Source: an uncultured virus (IMG/VR IMGVR_UViG_3300044611_001480)
Taxonomy: Duplodnaviria; Heunggongvirae; Uroviricota; Caudoviricetes
Strand: one strand, 5' to 3'
DNA length: 64,000 bases
IMG/VR virus record: IMGVR_UViG_3300044611_001480
Every line of letters begins with the position of its first letter. Position 1 is the first letter of the stretch. Made by a program: the position numbers and the translations under genes. This document shows, piece by piece, positions 18,604 through 27,464 of this stretch. A model generated the notes under the pieces. That model was given only the letters and a program-made list of their open reading frames with translations, did not search any database and had not been told where the DNA came from.

Positions 18604-19264
18604 TTTACCTAATGTAACTTTATTTTGTATTTCATCAAATCAAGTTCCTGGTGCAATTTATGCTCTTCAAAAGAGTATGGAAGGTATTAATTTTGGAGCA
18701 GTGAAACTTATTACTCATGAAGAAGTAGATCTACCAGAAGGAATAGAATTTTCAAAGTGCTATGAAATTAAATCCATTCATGATTATAATTATTATTGTA
18801 TCTATAATTTAACCAAACACATAGATACAGATTATTGTTTACTCGTTCAACCTGATGGATACGTTATTCGTCCCTGGAAATGGGAAAATGAATGGTTGAA
18901 TTACGATTATATTGGAGCACCTTGGAGATGGGAACCAGCATCGTTTATAACTCCTTTTGGTGAACATATATCAGTTGGTAATGGTGGATTTTCTTTTAGA
19001 AGTAAAAAACTTTTAGATGTTCCCACTAAAATAGAAGTTCCTTGGGATGTAAATCAAGGAGATTTTTACAAACATTTTAATTATGGATCAACTTCAGAAG
19101 ATGGAAATATTTGTGTTCATAATAAACATATATACGAAGAGCAGGGGTGTAAGTTTGCTCCAGTAGAAGTTGCTGCAAGATTTTCAAAAGAAAGACATGT
19201 ATCTCCCTATCATGATAATGTAGAAACTTTTGGATTTCATTTTTTTACACAAGATATTATTTAA
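18596..19264 (+). CDS. DUF5672-like putative glycosyltransferase
   Basis: LLVQPDG, YDYIGAPW, VGNGGFSFRS, ED and FGFH motifs. Confidence 0.75.
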   Translation: MINLPNVTLFCISSNQVPGAIYALQKSMEGINFGAVKLITHEEVDLPEGIEFSKCYEIKSIHDYNYYCIYNLTKHIDTDYCLLVQPDGYVIRPWKWENEWLNYDYIGAPWRWEPASFITPFGEHISVGNGGFSFRSKKLLDVPTKIEVPWDVNQGDFYKHFNYGSTSEDGNICVHNKHIYEEQGCKFAPVEVAARFSKERHVSPYHDNVETFGFHFFTQDII

Positions 19265-19284
19265 ATTTATTTAAAAAAATTATT

Positions 19285-19908
19285 ATGGAAAAACAAAAAA
19301 TTACAATTGATAAGAATTTCATTCATTCTTCTGCATATGAAGAATATAAGTATCTTACTCAATATATGGTATATAATCAGGAAGGTAACTACAATAAACC
19401 AGGAATTAGCGATTATCCATTCTATGCGTATTATTCAACTCTTGTTGATAATACAACAATTTTGGAAATTGGAACTTGCTTGGGTGGATCTGCTGTTATG
19501 ATGACACATAATAAAAATAATAAAATTATTAGTTATGATGTTGTAAATAATTTTAAAAATCTTAATTGTCCACCTATTGATAGAGATATTGAATTTAGAG
19601 TTGGAAATTTTATGGAAGATGAAATTGATTACGAAAAAATTGATTTGATTGCAATAGATGCTTCTCATACTGGAACTCTTGAAGTGCAGATGGTGAAGTA
19701 TTTGGAAGAAAACTGGAAAGGTGGTCTTTTGTTTTTGGATGATATTCATAATAATAGTGATGGGGATATGCAGGGATTTTGGGATGGAATTGATAGAAAA
19801 AAGCACGAAGTGATTGATATTTCAGATATTGGTCACGGAGAAAGACTTGGTAGTGGGTTGGTAAATTTTAATAAGTATTTTGAATTAAATATTGTTGGGG
19901 ATAACTAA
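19285..19908 (+). CDS. Class I SAM-dependent methyltransferase
   Basis: ILEIGTCLGGS, IDASH and GGLLFLDD motifs. Confidence 0.75.
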   Translation: MEKQKITIDKNFIHSSAYEEYKYLTQYMVYNQEGNYNKPGISDYPFYAYYSTLVDNTTILEIGTCLGGSAVMMTHNKNNKIISYDVVNNFKNLNCPPIDRDIEFRVGNFMEDEIDYEKIDLIAIDASHTGTLEVQMVKYLEENWKGGLLFLDDIHNNSDGDMQGFWDGIDRKKHEVIDISDIGHGERLGSGLVNFNKYFELNIVGDN

Positions 19909-19911
19909 ATT

Positions 19912-20685
19912 ATGATTGGTTATAATCATTTGGGTCGTAATGGTAGACTTGGAAATCAAATGTTTCAGTATGCTTCATTGAGGGGTATTGCTGCTAAACA
20001 TGGATATGATTGGTGTATTCCTCCAAGTGAATTTAAAGATCAATGGAATGATCATCAATTATTTGATGCGTTCAAACTTCCTTATGTTGAACACGTAAAG
20101 ATGCTTGGCGCAACTTATCTTGAAGAAAAAAGTTTTACATTTGATCAAGATTTATTTGAAACTTGTCCAGATAATATTAATCTTTATGGATTTTTTCAAA
20201 CTGAAAAGTATTTTGAACATATTAAACCTAAAATTAAAGAAGATTTTAGTTTTGTAGATACTATCTGGAATCCCTGTAGAGAAATGTTTCAGTTTGATGA
20301 AGTAATATCATTGCATATTCGTAGATCTGATTATGTTGAAAAGCAGGGTTATCATCCATTGTGTCCTTTGGAATATTATGAAGTTGCTTTAACTAAACTT
20401 CCTCAAGATATTCCTGTATTAATTTTTTCTGATGATCCAAATTGGTGTATGAATCAAGAGTTGTTTCAACCAGATAGATTTATGGTTTCTGAATCTGATA
20501 ATAATCTTGTAGACATGTGTTTAATGACAATGTGTTCTCATCATATTATTGCCAATTCATCATTTAGTTGGTGGGGTGCTTGGTTGGCAGATTCTAAAAA
20601 AGTTATTGCTCCTAAAGTTTGGTTTGGTCCCGCAGCAAATCTTGATGAAAGTGATCTTGTTCCAGAATCTTGGGAAAGAATCTAA
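19912..20685 (+). CDS. GT11 alpha-1,2-fucosyltransferase-like protein
   Basis: GRLGNQMFQY, HIRRSDY and NSSFSWWGAWL motifs; paralog of 10936-11793. Confidence 0.88.
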   Translation: MIGYNHLGRNGRLGNQMFQYASLRGIAAKHGYDWCIPPSEFKDQWNDHQLFDAFKLPYVEHVKMLGATYLEEKSFTFDQDLFETCPDNINLYGFFQTEKYFEHIKPKIKEDFSFVDTIWNPCREMFQFDEVISLHIRRSDYVEKQGYHPLCPLEYYEVALTKLPQDIPVLIFSDDPNWCMNQELFQPDRFMVSESDNNLVDMCLMTMCSHHIIANSSFSWWGAWLADSKKVIAPKVWFGPAANLDESDLVPESWERI

Positions 20686-21443
20686 TGTCAGAATTTAGTA
20701 TTGCTATACCTGCTCACGACCGTGGTGCGAATGGTCCATTGTGGATGAGAGAACTTTTGCAATCATTAAAAGTTCAAACTTTTCAAGATTTTGATATTGT
20801 TGTATCAGACCAAAGTAAAAATGATAATATTTTAAATGTTTGTCGAGAATATTCTGATAACTTTGAATTTACCTATGTGAAATATCAAGGATCAGTTCCT
20901 TGTGAAAACATTAATATTGCATTGGATAATTGTACTGGAAGAATCATTAAGATTATGTTTTCTGATGATATTTTTGTGGATGAAAATGCACTCAACATTA
21001 TTAAAAAAATATATGATGAAACTAATTGTAAATGGGCATTTAGTGGATTCTGTGGAACAGAAGATGGTAAAAATTTATATGATTTGAAAGTTCCAAGATG
21101 GACTGATTATATGTTAGAAGGTAGAAATCTTTTGAGTAGCCCATCAGTGGTTTCATTTCTAAATGAGGCAAAAGTTGAGTTTGATGAAAATCTTAAATTG
21201 TTTCTTGACACCGAATTTTATCATAGAATGAGGTGGAAAAATGGAATGCCATATATCATTTCTGATGTATTGGTTGCCAATCGTGATCATGACAGTAGAA
21301 TTAGTAGTCATTCTACCTCTCAATATGATGCAGCAATAGAACATTCAGAAGGTGGTTGGATGATTAATAGATCAGAATATAATTATATTCAAAATAAACA
21401 TAAAGATTTTTGTAAAAATAGAAAATATCCAGATGAAAATTGA
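20685..21443 (+). CDS. GT2 family glycosyltransferase
   Basis: SIAIPAH, QTFQDFDIVVSDQS and FSDD motifs. Confidence 0.82.
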   Translation: MSEFSIAIPAHDRGANGPLWMRELLQSLKVQTFQDFDIVVSDQSKNDNILNVCREYSDNFEFTYVKYQGSVPCENINIALDNCTGRIIKIMFSDDIFVDENALNIIKKIYDETNCKWAFSGFCGTEDGKNLYDLKVPRWTDYMLEGRNLLSSPSVVSFLNEAKVEFDENLKLFLDTEFYHRMRWKNGMPYIISDVLVANRDHDSRISSHSTSQYDAAIEHSEGGWMINRSEYNYIQNKHKDFCKNRKYPDEN

Positions 21444-22254
21444 TCTATTAGAAGCAACGTTTATCATTCCAATTCGTATTGAATCAAATGATAGACTTCG
21501 GAATGTGATTACTACAACTGCATTCCTTTTAGAAAATTTTGATACAAATATTATTATCAAAGAAGTAGATTCTGAATCTATATTTCAAAGAGATGCTCTT
21601 CCAATTCTAAAGAATATTTTGGAAGAGAAGATTGATATAAATCATATTTTTGAAAAATCAGATTCCCCATCATTTCATCGTCAAAGAGTTTTGAATGAAA
21701 TGATTGTGGAGGCAAATACTAAAATTGTAGTTAATTATGATTGTGATGTTTTGCTGCCATTAGATTCTTATCACGAAGCATATAGTGCAATTCTTTTTAA
21801 TACTCATGATGTAATCTATCCATATGGGCAAGGAATGTATCAAAAACAAGTAAATGCTACAGATGAGATTGTTTCTAATTTTTTACAAACAGGAGATTTT
21901 GAATATTTAGATAAACATTCAAATCTTCATATATCAGATTTTGGATGGGCACAATTCTTTAATCGTCAAGTTTATATTGATGGTGGAATGGAAAATGAAA
22001 ATTTTGTTGCATATGCTCCAGAAGATAAAGAAAGATTTTACAGATTCTCTACTTTGGATTATAATATTGGAAGAGTAGAAAATTTTGTTTATCACCTAGA
22101 ACATAAACGAGGCCAAAATTCTTGGTTTAGCAATCCACATATGAATATGAATAATTCGGAATGGGATAAAATTCAAGTAATGGATAAACAACAACTTATT
22201 GAATATTACTCAACACAAGATTATCTAAAAAAATACATCAATGGACAAAAATAA
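21433..22254 (+). CDS. GT2/GT7-like glycosyltransferase
   Basis: TFIIPIR, YDCD, GGMENENFVAYAPED and YHLEH motifs. Confidence 0.75.
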   Translation: MKIDLLEATFIIPIRIESNDRLRNVITTTAFLLENFDTNIIIKEVDSESIFQRDALPILKNILEEKIDINHIFEKSDSPSFHRQRVLNEMIVEANTKIVVNYDCDVLLPLDSYHEAYSAILFNTHDVIYPYGQGMYQKQVNATDEIVSNFLQTGDFEYLDKHSNLHISDFGWAQFFNRQVYIDGGMENENFVAYAPEDKERFYRFSTLDYNIGRVENFVYHLEHKRGQNSWFSNPHMNMNNSEWDKIQVMDKQQLIEYYSTQDYLKKYINGQK

Positions 22255-23035
22255 AGCAGCATATAAACTTAAAAATATTCCTCCAATTTATTATTTGAAT
22301 CTTGATGGGCAACCAGAAAGAAAACAATATATGGAAGAACAATTTAAATATTGGGAAATTGAAAATTATACTAGAATTTCTGCATATGATGGCAGAACTG
22401 ATGATTTAAGTGATATTATTTCTGGAAGATATCCAGATAATATGACATCTGGTGAAATTGGATGTACTACTTCTCATTTAAAGGCAATTAAACATTGGAT
22501 TGAAACATCAGATTCTCAATGTGCTATTTTTATGGAAGACGATGTTGATTTGCAAATTGCAAGATATTGGGATTTCACTTGGAAAGATTTTCAATCACTT
22601 GTTCCTTATGATTATGATGTTATTCAACTTGCAATTATTTGTACTGGTCCATTGCATGTAAAATTGCATCGTAGATTTGTAAATAATTTTTCAACTGCAG
22701 CTTATATGATTACTCGCCATCATGCAGAAAAATTACTTAAATTGCATATACGTAATGAAAAATATAAACTTGATAATGGGTCTAAACCCAGAGCAGTTGC
22801 GGATGATTTAATTTATAACTCTGGCAATACTTTTTCTATTCCAATATTCCTTTATAAGATTGCTTTGGGGTCGTCTATTCATCCAGAACACGTTAACATT
22901 TTTCACAAATCAAGTTATGATGGTCTAATTGATTTTTGGTCTCAAAATGGAGCAAACCTGAATATTCGTGAATTGATGGATTATGATCCTTATCTTGGAC
23001 GGATGACAGAAAATCCACCAGAAAAAAATACTTGA
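22241..23035 (+). CDS. GT25 family glycosyltransferase
   Basis: YYLNLD...ERK, RISAYDG, GEIGCTTSH, FMEDD and STAAYMI motifs. Confidence 0.85.
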   Translation: MDKNKAAYKLKNIPPIYYLNLDGQPERKQYMEEQFKYWEIENYTRISAYDGRTDDLSDIISGRYPDNMTSGEIGCTTSHLKAIKHWIETSDSQCAIFMEDDVDLQIARYWDFTWKDFQSLVPYDYDVIQLAIICTGPLHVKLHRRFVNNFSTAAYMITRHHAEKLLKLHIRNEKYKLDNGSKPRAVADDLIYNSGNTFSIPIFLYKIALGSSIHPEHVNIFHKSSYDGLIDFWSQNGANLNIRELMDYDPYLGRMTENPPEKNT

Positions 23036-23093
23036 CAAATTTAAAATTTGTATTTCCTGACAAAGTAAGTATAAATTACTACAAAAGGGGGGC

Positions 23094-23122
23094 TTGACTT
23101 CCCTTTCTTTCTCCTATATAAT
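23094..23122 (+). promoter_or_regulatory. Sigma70-type promoter of the hli cluster, with the -35 inside a hairpin
   Basis: TTGACT - 17 nt - TATAAT; AAAGGGGG...TTCCCTTT flanks the -35. Confidence 0.7.
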
Positions 23123-23149
23123 GTTGTAACAATTTGAAATAAAATCAAA

Positions 23150-23344
23150 ATGACGGTAACGACTAATGATCGTGGGCAAATGAACATCTTTGCAAAAGAG
23201 CCTACGATGTATTATGAAAATTATGGAATGCTGACCCCCAATCAAGTAAAGGAGCGAACTAATGGACGCTGGGCAATGGTCGGTTTTGTTGCTGGTGTCA
23301 TTTCTTATATTAGCACTGGCAACTTCTTCTTCGGGATCTTCTGA
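23150..23344 (+). CDS. hli: High-light-inducible protein
   Basis: ERTNGRWAMVGF chlorophyll-binding helix motif. Confidence 0.9.
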   Translation: MTVTTNDRGQMNIFAKEPTMYYENYGMLTPNQVKERTNGRWAMVGFVAGVISYISTGNFFFGIF

Positions 23345-23430
23345 TGACTGAAATTATCTTTACAATTACAGGAGTTGCTTTTTTGGTTCTCCTGAGTTAT
23401 GCTGTAGAAAAACTTTCTGAAACTTATTGA
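23344..23430 (+). CDS. 28-aa single-TM peptide
   Basis: MTEIIFTITGVAFLVLLSYAVEKLSETY; coupled to hli through TGATG. Confidence 0.55.
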   Translation: MTEIIFTITGVAFLVLLSYAVEKLSETY

Positions 23431-23440
23431 GGTAAAACAA

Positions 23441-23560
23441 ATGGACAAAATTTTCACTGAAACTGCTGAGCGTTGGAATGGTAGACTAGCAATGATTGGA
23501 TTTGTTGCTGCTGTTGGTTCTTATCTTGTCACCGGACAAGTAATTCCAAACGTTTGGTGA
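23441..23560 (+). CDS. hli: High-light-inducible protein (39 aa, absent from the ORF track)
   Basis: MDKIFTETAERWNGRLAMIGFVAAVGSYLVTGQVIPNVW; SD GAGG. Confidence 0.92.
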   Translation: MDKIFTETAERWNGRLAMIGFVAAVGSYLVTGQVIPNVW

Positions 23561-23571
23561 TGGAGGTCAGT

Positions 23572-24099
23572 ATGCGTAAAGAAGGTTATCAAATTCCTCA
23601 AGTTGAATTTGTATTTCGTGAAGCAGGCGAGTTTGTAACTCGTACAAGCAATGAACTTTTTAAAGATAAAAGAGTTGTGGTCTTCTCACTTCCTGGAGCG
23701 TTCACTCCTACTTGCTCTGCTTACCAACTTCCTGGATTTGAGGAGAAGTATAATGAGTTTACTTCTCTTGGTATTGATGCTATCTACTGCATTTCTGTTA
23801 ATGATGGTTTTGTAATGAATTCTTGGGCAGAAGATCAAAACATCGAAAAAGTTAAACTGATTCCTGATGGAAATGCGTATTTCACTCGTAGCATGGGTAT
23901 GCTTGTTAACAAGTCAAATCTTGGGTTCGGTGAGCGCAGTTGGCGTTACGCTGCTGTGGTAAATGATGGTATTATTGAAAAACTGTTTGTTGAAGCAGGA
24001 CAACGCGATAATGCTGATAGTGATCCTTATGAAATGACAACTCCAGAAAATGTTCTTGAGTATGTAAAAACACAATTGCGTGAAGCAGTACTCGCATAA
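23572..24099 (+). CDS. Type II peroxiredoxin (Prx5-like)
   Basis: PGAFTPTCS, SVNDGFVM and RSWRYA motifs. Confidence 0.92.
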   Translation: MRKEGYQIPQVEFVFREAGEFVTRTSNELFKDKRVVVFSLPGAFTPTCSAYQLPGFEEKYNEFTSLGIDAIYCISVNDGFVMNSWAEDQNIEKVKLIPDGNAYFTRSMGMLVNKSNLGFGERSWRYAAVVNDGIIEKLFVEAGQRDNADSDPYEMTTPENVLEYVKTQLREAVLA

Positions 24100-24116
24100 T
24101 ATTAAAAAATATTTTT

Positions 24117-24155
24117 TAAACTCTACCTCTAAATAAGGGGTAGAGTTTTTTTTTT
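24117..24155 (+). terminator. Intrinsic terminator
   Basis: AAACTCTACCTCT...GGGGTAGAGTTT plus a long T-run. Confidence 0.7.
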
Positions 24156-24158
24156 ATT

Positions 24159-24323
24159 ATGCCAAGGGGACAACTGACTAAAGATATTATTAAATGTGAA
24201 GTTCTTAAGTTAAAAAAAGATTTGGATAATGAATGGATGAATAAGAGTGGATACGACCCAAAGTGGTTAGCACATCAATATCTGAATAAAGTATTGGATA
24301 AAATTGAAGAGTACTGTAGATAA
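24159..24323 (+). CDS. Small hypothetical protein (54 aa)
   Basis: MPRGQLTKDIIKCEVLKLKK...LDKIEEYCR. Confidence 0.6.
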   Translation: MPRGQLTKDIIKCEVLKLKKDLDNEWMNKSGYDPKWLAHQYLNKVLDKIEEYCR

Positions 24324-24347
24324 ATATAAAAAAACTTTAAGAATAAA

Positions 24348-25043
24348 ATGCGAATAGACCTTCACAATTTTTTTAAGAATTTTGATGAAAATAATCCAAA
24401 GCATGTTGCTGCAGTAGAGCAACTTGAAGTGGATCTTGCAGATAAGAATCCTGATTTGATTGATGATACTTCAAACTGGGTTCGTATTTACAGAACAAAA
24501 CCAACAGTTCCTGGTGTTCTCTCAGTTCCTTATTATCCACAAACAGATAATTACAGAGATGCTCAAAGAACCTGTAATTCATCTGCTTGTGCAATGTGTT
24601 TAGAATACTTTAAACCAGGGACTCTTCAAGGAGCAAAGGGTGATGATGCTTATATTCAAAAAGTATTTGCAATTGGTGACACAACTGACCATACTGTTCA
24701 GACAAAAGTTCTGGAAGGTTATGGAGTTAAGTCACACTTTAGTTACAATCTTTCTTTTGCTGATCTTGATCGTGAGCTTGCTGCTGGGAGACCCATTGTT
24801 ATCGGGATCTATCACAGGGGTACTCTATCTGCTCCTTCTGGTGGGCACATGGTTGTAGTGATTGGTAAGAAGGGTGAAGATTATGTTGTAAATGATCCTT
24901 ATGGTTCTCTGAATGATGGATATACTGGACCTGTAACGAACGGAAAGGGTGCCGTTTATAAGAAGTCTGATCTGATGTATCGTTGGTTAGAGAAAGGAAA
25001 AGATAAGACTGGATGGGGAAGAATCTTTAATGTAAAAAAGTAG
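24348..25043 (+). CDS. C39-like cysteine peptidase domain protein (putative lysin N-part)
   Basis: VPYYPQTDN, RTCNSSACAM (Cys), GGHMVVVIG (His) and VNDPYG (Asp). Confidence 0.85.
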   Translation: MRIDLHNFFKNFDENNPKHVAAVEQLEVDLADKNPDLIDDTSNWVRIYRTKPTVPGVLSVPYYPQTDNYRDAQRTCNSSACAMCLEYFKPGTLQGAKGDDAYIQKVFAIGDTTDHTVQTKVLEGYGVKSHFSYNLSFADLDRELAAGRPIVIGIYHRGTLSAPSGGHMVVVIGKKGEDYVVNDPYGSLNDGYTGPVTNGKGAVYKKSDLMYRWLEKGKDKTGWGRIFNVKK

Positions 25044-25074
25044 AAAGTTCTATTCTGAAAGAAGGAATAGAACT
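25015..25074 (+). promoter_or_regulatory. Candidate programmed -1 frameshift signal
   Basis: A_AAA_AAG at 25034-40, 5-nt spacer, 10-bp hairpin AGTTCTATTC/GAATAGAACT, purine-rich GGGGAAG upstream. Confidence 0.8.
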
Positions 25075-25513
25075 CATTAAAGAATTTGAAAAATGTAAAT
25101 TAGTAGCATATCCAGATCCTCATACTAAAGGAAAACCTTATACTATAGGATGGGGAAGCACTCGTAAGAAGGATGGAAGTCCTTTTAAGTTAGGAGAAAA
25201 GATTAGTCAGAAGGAAGCAGATGAATTATTTGATTGGCAGATTCAAAATGAATTTCTTTCAGCACTGAAACAAATACCTTATTGGAGTGAGATGAATGAT
25301 TATCAGCGCGGTGCTTTATTGTCTTTTGCTTATAACCTTGGTGCTAATTTTTATAATAGTCGAGGATATGACACAATAACCAGAGTTCTTAAGAATAAAG
25401 AATGGGGTAGAGTTCCTGCTGCTCTTGAACTTTACAGAAATCCTGGAAGCGATGTAGAAGCAGGATTATTGAGAAGAAGAATTGCTGAAGGAAAACTTTG
25501 GAGAAAACTATAA
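25034..25513 (+). CDS. GH24 lysozyme domain with no own start codon; predicted to be translated by -1 frameshift as a fusion to the C39 protein
   Basis: The -1 frame reads KKVESSILKEGIELIKEFEKCKLVAYPD...PYTIGWGST...ALLSFAYNLG...GLLRRRIAEGKLW. TAA at 25028-30 closes the frame upstream; the first ATG (25292) lies after the catalytic Glu. Confidence 0.85.
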   Translation, partial: KKVESSILKEGIELIKEFEKCKLVAYPDPHTKGKPYTIGWGSTRKKDGSPFKLGEKISQKEADELFDWQIQNEFLSALKQIPYWSEMNDYQRGALLSFAYNLGANFYNSRGYDTITRVLKNKEWGRVPAALELYRNPGSDVEAGLLRRRIAEGKLWRKL

Positions 25514-25516
25514 ATT

Positions 25517-25618
25517 TCAATCAATATAATCTAATATTAGGATGTAGTATATTACACAAGCAACTGCTATGAGACCAATTCCCAATAATATATTTACACT
25601 CCAAACGGTATCTGTCAT
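25517..25618 (-). CDS. 33-aa single-TM peptide
   Basis: MTDTVWSVNILLGIGLIAVACVIYYILILDYID; ATGA-coupled to the upstream minus-strand ORF. Confidence 0.5.
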   Translation of the reverse strand: MTDTVWSVNILLGIGLIAVACVIYYILILDYID

Positions 25619-25806
25619 TTATTTTCCTGTTTATGTATCCACGTTTTTAACTCGTGCAAATATTGCCTAAGTTGATTTGCTTTTTCTAGATGCCACTCAT
25701 CACCACTCTTAAAGTACTCATGAGTGTGATTATCTATTGCCTTTAGAATGTTATGTATCGGTGTGTTCCAAGGTTCTCTGATAGGAGTATTCCATTCGCG
25801 TGGCAT
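25615..25806 (-). CDS. Hypothetical protein
   Basis: MPREWNTPIREPWN; SD GAGG upstream. Confidence 0.7.
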   Translation of the reverse strand: MPREWNTPIREPWNTPIHNILKAIDNHTHEYFKSGDEWHLEKANQLRQYLHELKTWIHKQENK

Positions 25807-25812
25807 AATACC

Positions 25813-25926
25813 TCACTTTTTCTTGCCGCCATTTTTTGCTTTTTTTGCCGCCGCATTACCTTGATTTTGTTTTGGTTGTTTTCCTCCAGCAGATCCCTTT
25901 TTTCCTTTGTTTGCTGATTTTGCCAC
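25813..25926 (-). CDS. 37-aa Lys/Gly-rich basic peptide
   Basis: GTG start, AKSANKGKKGSAGGKQPKQNQGNAAAKKAKNGGKKK; ATAAATA late-promoter-like box upstream on the minus strand. Confidence 0.55.
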   Translation of the reverse strand: MAKSANKGKKGSAGGKQPKQNQGNAAAKKAKNGGKKK

Positions 25927-26003
25927 GCTAGTTAACGCGAAATGCAATTGTATTTATCGAAAGAAGTGGTTATTTATACTTAAATAAACTTTTGTTTTTT
26001 CTA

Positions 26004-26032
26004 TTGACAGCATTTCCTGACAGTGCTATGAT
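26004..26032 (+). promoter_or_regulatory. Sigma70-type promoter of psbA
   Basis: TTGACA - 17 nt - TATGAT, with TG extension. Confidence 0.75.
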
Positions 26033-26100
26033 AAATAAATGTTAAGAAATGTCATCGTTTCTTAACATTACATATCCCCCAATTACTCGGAGTATTAACT

Positions 26101-27395
26101 ATGACTGCAACTATCGCACAACGTCGCGGTGGTGAAAGCATTTGGGAAAACTTCTGCGAGTGGGTTACTTCAACCGATAATCGTTTGTATGTCGGTTGGT
26201 TTGGAACTCTTATGATTCCTACCCTTCTTGCAGCAACCATTTGCTTCATCGTCGCATTTATTGCCGCCCCACCTGTGGATATTGACGGCATTCGTGAACC
26301 TGTTGCTGGTTCTCTAATGTATGGAAACAATATCATCTCTGGTGCTGTTGTTCCTTCTAGCAACGCTATTGGTCTTCACTTTTACCCTATTTGGAATGCA
26401 ATGTCACTTGATGAGTGGCTATATAATGGTGGACCTTTCCAATTGGTCGTATTCCATTTTCTGATTGGTATTTATGCCTACATGGGACGTGAATGGGAAC
26501 TTTCTTACCGACTTGGTATGCGTCCTTGGATTTGTGTTGCCTACTCTGCACCCGTTGCTGCTGCTAGCGCAGTGTTTCTGGTCTATCCCTTCGGTCAGGG
26601 ATCCTTCTCTGATGCGATGCCTCTGGGGATTTCAGGAACTTTCAACTACATGCTTGTTTTCCAGGCAGAACACAACATTCTTATGCATCCCTTCCACATG
26701 CTGGGAGTTGCTGGCGTCTTCGGTGGTTCTCTTTTCTCTGCTATGCACGGATCTCTTGTCACCTCTAGTCTTGTACGTGAGACGACAGAAAATGAATCAC
26801 AGAACTATGGATACAAGTTCGGACAAGAAGAAGAGACATACAACATCGTAGCTGCTCACGGGTATTTTGGACGCCTTATTTTTCAATATGCGTCCTTTAA
26901 TAATTCCCGTTCGTTACACTTCTTTTTAGCAGCATGGCCGGTTGTTGGTATTTGGTTCACCGCTCTTGGTGTTTCTACTATGGCATTCAACCTGAACGGA
27001 TTTAATTTCAACCAGTCTATTACTGATAGTCAGAACAAAGTAATTCCTACTTGGGCGGACATATTGAACAAAGCTGGGTTGGGTATGGAAGTTATGCACG
27101 AGCGTCAAGTTGTGCTTTGCGCTCTTTAAATCGGATGAATTGCTGGAAACCCCAAGTGGGCAATCAGCAGCCAAGTCTCAGATACATCTGAGAAAGGTTC
27201 AGAGACTACCTGAGAGATATAGTTCTCTTAATAACAGGAATAAGCGTCCGACACCAGAAATGGTGATGATATAGTCCAATCCTGATAGCAATATCAGATA
27301 GTTAGGGAAAGTTTAAGAATGCACACAACTTTCCTTTAGACCTAGCGGCAGCAGAAACAACTTCGGTTGCTCTAACTGCTCCTTCTATCGGTTGA
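26101..27395 (+). CDS. psbA: Photosystem II D1 protein, spliced: exon 1 26101-27105, exon 2 27318-27395 (360 aa)
   Basis: Full D1 sequence. [15 protein letters not shown] is restored after removing 212 nt. YMGREW gives Glu at the 130-equivalent position. Confidence 0.97.
27106..27317 (+). mobile_element. Group I self-splicing intron in psbA (212 nt, no internal ORF)
   Basis: Exon ends in U and intron ends in G; core elements AATTGCTGGAAAC (P), AATCAGCAG (Q), TTCAGAGACTA (R), GATATAGTCC (S). Confidence 0.93.
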
Positions 27396-27405
27396 TATAA
27401 TAAAG

Positions 27406-27440
27406 GAGAAACTCTTCGGAGTTTCTTTTTTTATAAATAA
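27406..27440 (+). terminator. psbA terminator followed by a late promoter
   Basis: GAAACTC-TTCG-GAGTTTC plus T-run, then TATAAATA. Confidence 0.8.
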
Positions 27441-27464
27441 TTATGCACGAAAGAAAACACGAGA

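Noticed and set aside
25041..25058. Stop-codon readthrough or TAG recoding at the end of the C39 gene
   Set aside because: The zero frame hits TGA four codons later and the lysozyme is in the -1 frame; TAG serves as a normal stop in other genes here.
25292..25513. 73-aa ORF as a stand-alone lysozyme
   Set aside because: It begins downstream of the catalytic Glu/Asp/Thr region, so it would be an inactive fragment.
27106..27129. psbA ending in QVVLCAL as in the ORF track
   Set aside because: This is intron sequence; the true C-terminus resumes at 27318.
26052..27174. Antisense and alternate-frame ORFs over psbA, and similar shadow ORFs over other long genes
   Set aside because: They have no motifs or RBS and are explained by codon bias of the real genes.
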